Shown here piece after piece: positions 59,378 through 64,000 of a DNA stretch of 64,000 bases. The stretch comes from an uncultured cyanobacterium. Lineage in GTDB: Bacteria; Cyanobacteriota; Cyanobacteriia; PCC-9006; JAAUQQ01. The stretch is taken from assembly GCA_963718615.1 (NCBI GenBank), contig OY970368.1, positions 5,664,001 to 5,728,000 on the forward strand, written 5' to 3'. The translations under genes and the position numbers were made by a program. The notes under the pieces are model-generated. The model was not told the DNA's origin. It saw only the letters and a list, made by a program, of their open reading frames with translations, and made no database searches. Each line of letters starts with the position of its first letter. Positions within the stretch are counted from its first letter, which is position 1.

Positions 59378-59986
59378 ATGGCGACATCAGCGCTCACCCA
59401 TCCTCAGCAAGACTGGCCCATCGTGCTTCAGCTCCAACCCGCGTTGAGCCTTGATGACGACCAGTTTTTTGACTTTTGCCAGCTTAACCAAGATTGGCGA
59501 TTTGAGCGTACCGCTGCGGGAGAGCTGATGATTATGTCACCAACCGGCTCAGAAACAGGCGGTTATAACTTTGACTTGACCGTAGAGTTGGGAATCTGGA
59601 CCAGGCGTGACGGCAGTGGCAAAGGGTTTGATTCGAGCACAGGCTTCACATTGCCCAACGGTGCCATTCGTTCCCCTGATGCCGCTTGGATTCGGCAAGA
59701 GCGCTGGGAAGCCATTCCCCCAGAACAACGACGCAAATTTGCGCCCATTTGCCCAGACTTTGTTGTAGAACTGCGATCGGAGTCTGATGCATTAGAGCCC
59801 TTGCAGGCCAAGATGGAGGAATACTTGGATAACGGAGCCCAGCTAGGGTGGTTGCTCGATCGTCAGCACCGCCGTGTCTATGTTTATCGACCAGGGCATG
59901 AGGTGGAATGCTTAGACAACCCAGCCTCGGTGAATGGAGAGTCGGTTTTACCCGGTTTTGTGTTGAGCCTGAGCTTGGTTTGGTGA
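59378..59986 (+). CDS. Uma2 family endonuclease-fold protein
   Basis: FERTAAGELMIMSPTG, FDSSTGFTLPNGAIRSPDAAW, CPDFVVELRS, KMEEYLDNGAQLGWL. Confidence 0.94.
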   Translation: MATSALTHPQQDWPIVLQLQPALSLDDDQFFDFCQLNQDWRFERTAAGELMIMSPTGSETGGYNFDLTVELGIWTRRDGSGKGFDSSTGFTLPNGAIRSPDAAWIRQERWEAIPPEQRRKFAPICPDFVVELRSESDALEPLQAKMEEYLDNGAQLGWLLDRQHRRVYVYRPGHEVECLDNPASVNGESVLPGFVLSLSLVW

Positions 59987-60135
59987 AGCGGGAAACAGGG
60001 TAGACAGACGAAACTCTCCAGGTTTGAGGGTTTTGAGCTGGCTGTAGTGCATGGCGATCGCAAGGTCACTTTCTTACTCTTCAAACCCAATCTCTCTCTC
60101 TCCGGCTATTCGTGCAAGAGGTCTAATTATTCAAG

Positions 60136-62829
60136 TTATAGCCAATTCCCCACCAAAACATAGGGTGCCCAGTAGGCCGGATCCCGCAGTTCAGGGTCAT
60201 TCAACAAAGATAATTGAGCCTGACGCAGGGCTTGGGCCTTGGTTGAGGTCTCCGTGCCGTTCACCTTGGCAATTTGCTGATAAAACTCGCCCATGAGCAA
60301 GGCCGTGGACCAATCATCCACCTGCCAGAGAGAGGCCAACGTACTCCGCGCTCCAGCCTTGACTGCAACCCCTGCCAGTCCTAGGGCAGCCCGATCATCC
60401 CCCGCAGCGGTTTGGCAAGCACTTAAAATCAGTAACTCAATCGCTTGTCGAGTGGATTGGGAGCGATCGCGCAATAAATTATCCAACTCCGTCACGCGAA
60501 TGGGTCCATCCGCCGCTAACACAAAAGTCTCTTCCGCCTTAGAGCTAAACTGCCCATGGGTTGCTAGATGCACAATATTAAAGCCTTCTCCCTGGATCTT
60601 GGTCTCCAGACTCTGACTGGTAAATTCTTGGTTGAGCAACTGCTGGTTGGTCACGCCTGCATCAACAATGCGCTGAAACTCGGTTGCAATGTTGGGTAAG
60701 GGCGGAAACTGAGCAAAGTCAGCGGGAGGGTTGATCAAACCAGCGGCTAAAACATTGAGACGCTCCTGGGCGATCGCCTTAGGTTCCAACAGTTGTAGAC
60801 CCAAGCTGACGCCGATGGCGTACTTTTCCACGACATACTGTTCTCCATCGTACAAGACCCCCATGGGTACGTTCCGAAAAGCACCATCCAACACAAAAAC
60901 TAATGTATCGACCTCTGAGGCTTGTAAGTTTTTCTCAATGGGCGCGAGCAACCATTCGTAAATGAGTTTCGAGCGCTGCTTCACTTGGAACGTCTTCGAC
61001 GCCAAGGGCAGATCTTCCCGCAGCGCCCGCAGCAGGGATTCAACCGTTGGGCGCGATTCAAAGATGGTATGGTGTGCCAACGGTTGCTCAGGGATTTTGA
61101 CAATCACTTCTAAGCGGTCTTCCAAAATGATCGGATACACAATTGCCGTAGTGGGGTTATCCTGGTCAACCACTTTATCCAGCAAAACCGCTTTACCATC
61201 TAAGCAAGCTTCTCGAAAAAAATTGTCCAATTCCGCGACCTGCAAGGCTTCAATCCGGGCTCTGGCTTTTTCAAGATTCTGAGCTGCATTAGCTCCATCG
61301 CTTTCTTGTACCAACAACCCCACGGACTGTCGATAGACCGGCTCGACACTTTCCTTAAAGGAAAACTGAATATCACGGTTAACGGCGACTAAATCGCTGC
61401 GGAGACGATTGAGATCATCAATGGCATCATCGTAGGCAGAGACCGCTGCGGCGGGTTGCTCAGTTCGGGCGAGCAACCGACCCAACTGCCAGTTCCAGCG
61501 ATAGCTAATATCCGGTGCATCAAGGGTTTGGGCATTTCTGAGCGCTTGCTGGGTGAGGTCGATGGCATCGCGCTCCTGTCGAGTTTGCTCATAGAAGTGG
61601 CCGAGGGTCCCGAGGGCGTAGGACTGGGAACGGCGATCGCCAATCTGGCTAGCTAGGGTAACGGTCTGGCGCAGCAATGCTTCCAAGGGAGCTGCATAGG
61701 CATCTAGAAAGGTGGGGCGATCGCCTTGACCTCCGACGTTAGCATCCAAAACCGCCTGGGCAAGGTGGATACGGCCATACAAACCCGTTTGGCTTTCGGG
61801 CAACTGCGACCCCTGGGGAATTAATTCGCCCAGCAACGATTGGGCTGCATCCCACCGCTGATCCGCCATCAAAAGGCTGAGTTGACTAATTTGGGCATTG
61901 AGCCGCACGACCAGATCCGGTGTCGTCTGAGCGGCGGTTTGATAATACTGTAGCGCCTCTTGGGTTTTGAAGGCGGCCCGAGCCGTATTGGCCAGACTAA
62001 AGGTAGCGGCGCTGGTGAGGCGAGCATCATTGAGTTGATTAGAAATTTCCAGGCTTTGTAGCTGCAACTGCTGAGCTTGTTCTAGATCGCCAGACAACCG
62101 CAACGCATCTCCCAAAAGGCGCAGTTGTATGGCCTGATTGACGCTGGGTTGTCCTGAAGCTTCAGCAGATAAGCGGGGCTGGATGTCTTGGAGGAGGTTG
62201 CGGGCGCGGCGATAAAACCCCAGGACGCGCAGGGCTTGTGCTTGATTGATGCGGCTCTGGAGCAGGGCAGGCGTATTTTGGGTCGCTTGATACAGGGTCT
62301 CCGTTTGTTGCCAGGTTTTTAACGCGGCTTCGGCCTGACCAAGGCTGAGTTGCAGGCTACCGTGAATATCCAGAATCTGCGCCTGGGTTGTGGGGTCAAC
62401 TTTAGCTTGCTGGAGACGAATGAGACTTTGCTCAATGGCCTGGGTCGCTTCCGGCCATTGGTTGAGCTGTTGGTGAGTGAGGGAGAGGTTGCTGAGGGCG
62501 ATCGCCTCGGCTAGGGTTTCTCCGCTTTGCTGATAGGCTTGGATGGCTTGTTTGAGGGGGGCGATCGCCTGTTCATATTGTCCTTGCTCGTAGAGGTGCT
62601 GTCCCTGCTGAAAGGCATCGGCAGGGGTTTGAGACTGTTGGACAATGGCGGCGGCAGGGAGCGGCGTGCGGGTGGCTTGGGCAGGAAGCTGGGTGGCACA
62701 GAGCAAGGTGCTGAGGCTGAGGGCGGCGAGGGCAAGGCGGCGCTTTCGTTGAGACGATTTCCGGCTCTGCTGTAGCCAGGATAGCCACTGTTTCAATAGC
62801 CATTGTTTCAGGGGCTGAAACCGCCACAT
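60136..62829 (-). CDS. TPR + CHAT (caspase/HetF-like) domain protein
   Basis: Signal-like N-terminus and TPRs; CHAT dyad VHLATHGQFS and LILSACQTA; YWAPYVLVGNWL. Confidence 0.93.
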   Translation of the reverse strand: MWRFQPLKQWLLKQWLSWLQQSRKSSQRKRRLALAALSLSTLLCATQLPAQATRTPLPAAAIVQQSQTPADAFQQGQHLYEQGQYEQAIAPLKQAIQAYQQSGETLAEAIALSNLSLTHQQLNQWPEATQAIEQSLIRLQQAKVDPTTQAQILDIHGSLQLSLGQAEAALKTWQQTETLYQATQNTPALLQSRINQAQALRVLGFYRRARNLLQDIQPRLSAEASGQPSVNQAIQLRLLGDALRLSGDLEQAQQLQLQSLEISNQLNDARLTSAATFSLANTARAAFKTQEALQYYQTAAQTTPDLVVRLNAQISQLSLLMADQRWDAAQSLLGELIPQGSQLPESQTGLYGRIHLAQAVLDANVGGQGDRPTFLDAYAAPLEALLRQTVTLASQIGDRRSQSYALGTLGHFYEQTRQERDAIDLTQQALRNAQTLDAPDISYRWNWQLGRLLARTEQPAAAVSAYDDAIDDLNRLRSDLVAVNRDIQFSFKESVEPVYRQSVGLLVQESDGANAAQNLEKARARIEALQVAELDNFFREACLDGKAVLLDKVVDQDNPTTAIVYPIILEDRLEVIVKIPEQPLAHHTIFESRPTVESLLRALREDLPLASKTFQVKQRSKLIYEWLLAPIEKNLQASEVDTLVFVLDGAFRNVPMGVLYDGEQYVVEKYAIGVSLGLQLLEPKAIAQERLNVLAAGLINPPADFAQFPPLPNIATEFQRIVDAGVTNQQLLNQEFTSQSLETKIQGEGFNIVHLATHGQFSSKAEETFVLAADGPIRVTELDNLLRDRSQSTRQAIELLILSACQTAAGDDRAALGLAGVAVKAGARSTLASLWQVDDWSTALLMGEFYQQIAKVNGTETSTKAQALRQAQLSLLNDPELRDPAYWAPYVLVGNWL

Positions 62830-62991
62830 AGGAAACTCCCGCGTTGAAGGTTAAATCTATCTCTGTTCTCAACCATACTACGGGGCGTCGGTCTTACTGG
62901 GATCTGTACTTTACAGTTTGTGCAGATTTTTCGTCTTAAAATCTTTGGAAGACCGCTAGAATTACGAGGCTTGAGCGTCTAGTGGGGCTGG

Positions 62992-64000
62992 ATGATGAGG
63001 CTACAGAATATCTTGGGGGTGGGGTTCGGTTGGGTGGCGTTGTGGGCGGGGCCGGGGCTAGCACAGCAAATTATCCCAGATGCGACTTTGGGGGCAGAGT
63101 CATCGCGATTTACAGCTGATTTTCAGGGATTGGTGGGGGTTGATGGGATTGAGGGGGGAGCACGGCGGGGCAATAATCTGTTTCATAGTTTTGAGGAGTT
63201 TGGGATTGTAGAGGGACGATCGGGCTATTTCGTTGTGGATGACTTGGCAGTTCAGAATATTTTGGCGCGGGTAACGGGGACAAAGGGATCAGAAATTTTA
63301 GGAACTTTGGGAACGCGAGCTTTGATCAATGATGCGTTCTTGTTTTCGCCTGCAAATTTGTTTTTGATTAATCCGAATGGGATTATTTTTGGGCCGAATG
63401 CGAGATTGGATGTAGGCACATCATTCGCGGCGACGACGGCGAGTGGGGTGCGGTTTGGGGAGCAGGGGGTGTTTAGTGCAGAGCAGGGGAATGCGCCGCC
63501 GTTGCTGACGGTGCAGCCGGATGCGTTTTTGTTTACGCGGTTGGCTCCGGCGGGGATTGAAATGCGGGCGAATGCTCCTAGCCCATTGGGGGGTAATGGT
63601 TTTCGGGTCAATGATGGCCAGCGGTTGTTGCTGTTGGGTGGGGATGTGGGGGTGGATGGGGGTGGGGTGTTTGCGTTGGGGGGACGGGTGGATGTGGGGG
63701 CGGTGGCGGAGCCGGGGACGGTGCGGCTGCAAGGGGATGGGAGTTTGGAGTTTGCGGATGGGTTGGTGCGGGGGACGGTGCGGTTTGAGCAGGGGGCGGT
63801 GGTGCAGGTGGATGGTATTGGCGGTGGGGATATTGGGGTGACGGCGGGGGAGATTGAGGTGAGTGGGGGGAGCTTGTTGCGGGGGGGAATTTTTCCGGGG
63901 TTTGGGACGCGGGATAGTCGGGCGGGGACGGTGCGGCTGGAGGCGACGGGAACGGTGACGGTGGCAGGGGCGGGTAGACGGGTGGCGAATGTTGTGGGGA
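62992..64000 (+). CDS. Filamentous haemagglutinin N-terminal domain protein (TpsA), 3'-truncated by window (not in ORF track)
   Basis: Translated by hand: signal peptide..AQQIIPDATLG, IEGGARRGNNLFHSFEEF, NILARVTG, ANLFLINPNGIIFGPNARLDVG; open to window end. Confidence 0.93.
   Translation, partial: MMRLQNILGVGFGWVALWAGPGLAQQIIPDATLGAESSRFTADFQGLVGVDGIEGGARRGNNLFHSFEEFGIVEGRSGYFVVDDLAVQNILARVTGTKGSEILGTLGTRALINDAFLFSPANLFLINPNGIIFGPNARLDVGTSFAATTASGVRFGEQGVFSAEQGNAPPLLTVQPDAFLFTRLAPAGIEMRANAPSPLGGNGFRVNDGQRLLLLGGDVGVDGGGVFALGGRVDVGAVAEPGTVRLQGDGSLEFADGLVRGTVRFEQGAVVQVDGIGGGDIGVTAGEIEVSGGSLLRGGIFPGFGTRDSRAGTVRLEATGTVTVAGAGRRVANVVG

Larger units (their letters stand above)
1..64000. repeat. HIP1 octamer (GCGATCGC) dispersed at high frequency
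   Basis: GCGATCGC recurs throughout (e.g. 1501, 53541, 55144) and is sparse in AT-rich islets such as 1-1200; hallmark of many cyanobacterial genomes. Confidence 0.97.

Noticed and set aside
63252-63841. Short ORFs listed near the window end
   Set aside because: Alternative frames of the TpsA gene starting at 62992
1-64000. tRNA, rRNA, integrase or intact IS transposase genes
   Set aside because: None recognised by eye; tRNAscan-SE, Infernal and ISEScan runs would be needed to exclude them formally

Overview
Chromosomal DNA from a cyanobacterium, probably filamentous. Evidence: very frequent HIP1 GCGATCGC, psaL/psaI/petL, HpsE-like glycosyltransferases and a SepJ-like protein. Most of the window is housekeeping or conserved cyanobacterial genes (potD/potB, pdxA, hisZ, suhB, accD, pilD, leuB, argS, ferredoxins, TpsB/TpsA/CHAT). 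Two loci stand out. (1) A cassette array built around argS (about 49.4-60.1 kb). The argS promoter/5' end is duplicated once upstream and its last 17-36 codons recur three times downstream. Tail copies 1 and 3 differ from argS largely at synonymous positions. Each copy borders a different accessory module: Doc toxin pair, UPF0175/DUF3368, DUF433, and an RxxxxH HEPN-like protein. No integrase is present in the window. (2) A five-gene non-canonical chaperone operon: large TPR protein, J-domain lacking HPD, atypical GrpE, lid-truncated Hsp70 and a Bax-inhibitor-1/YccA protein. Also present are a PEP-CTERM-anchored vanadium haloperoxidase, a cardiolipin synthase, an MglB-MglA-PATAN module, MITE-like elements and several pseudogenes. 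All family calls come from motif recognition by eye; no database searches were run.
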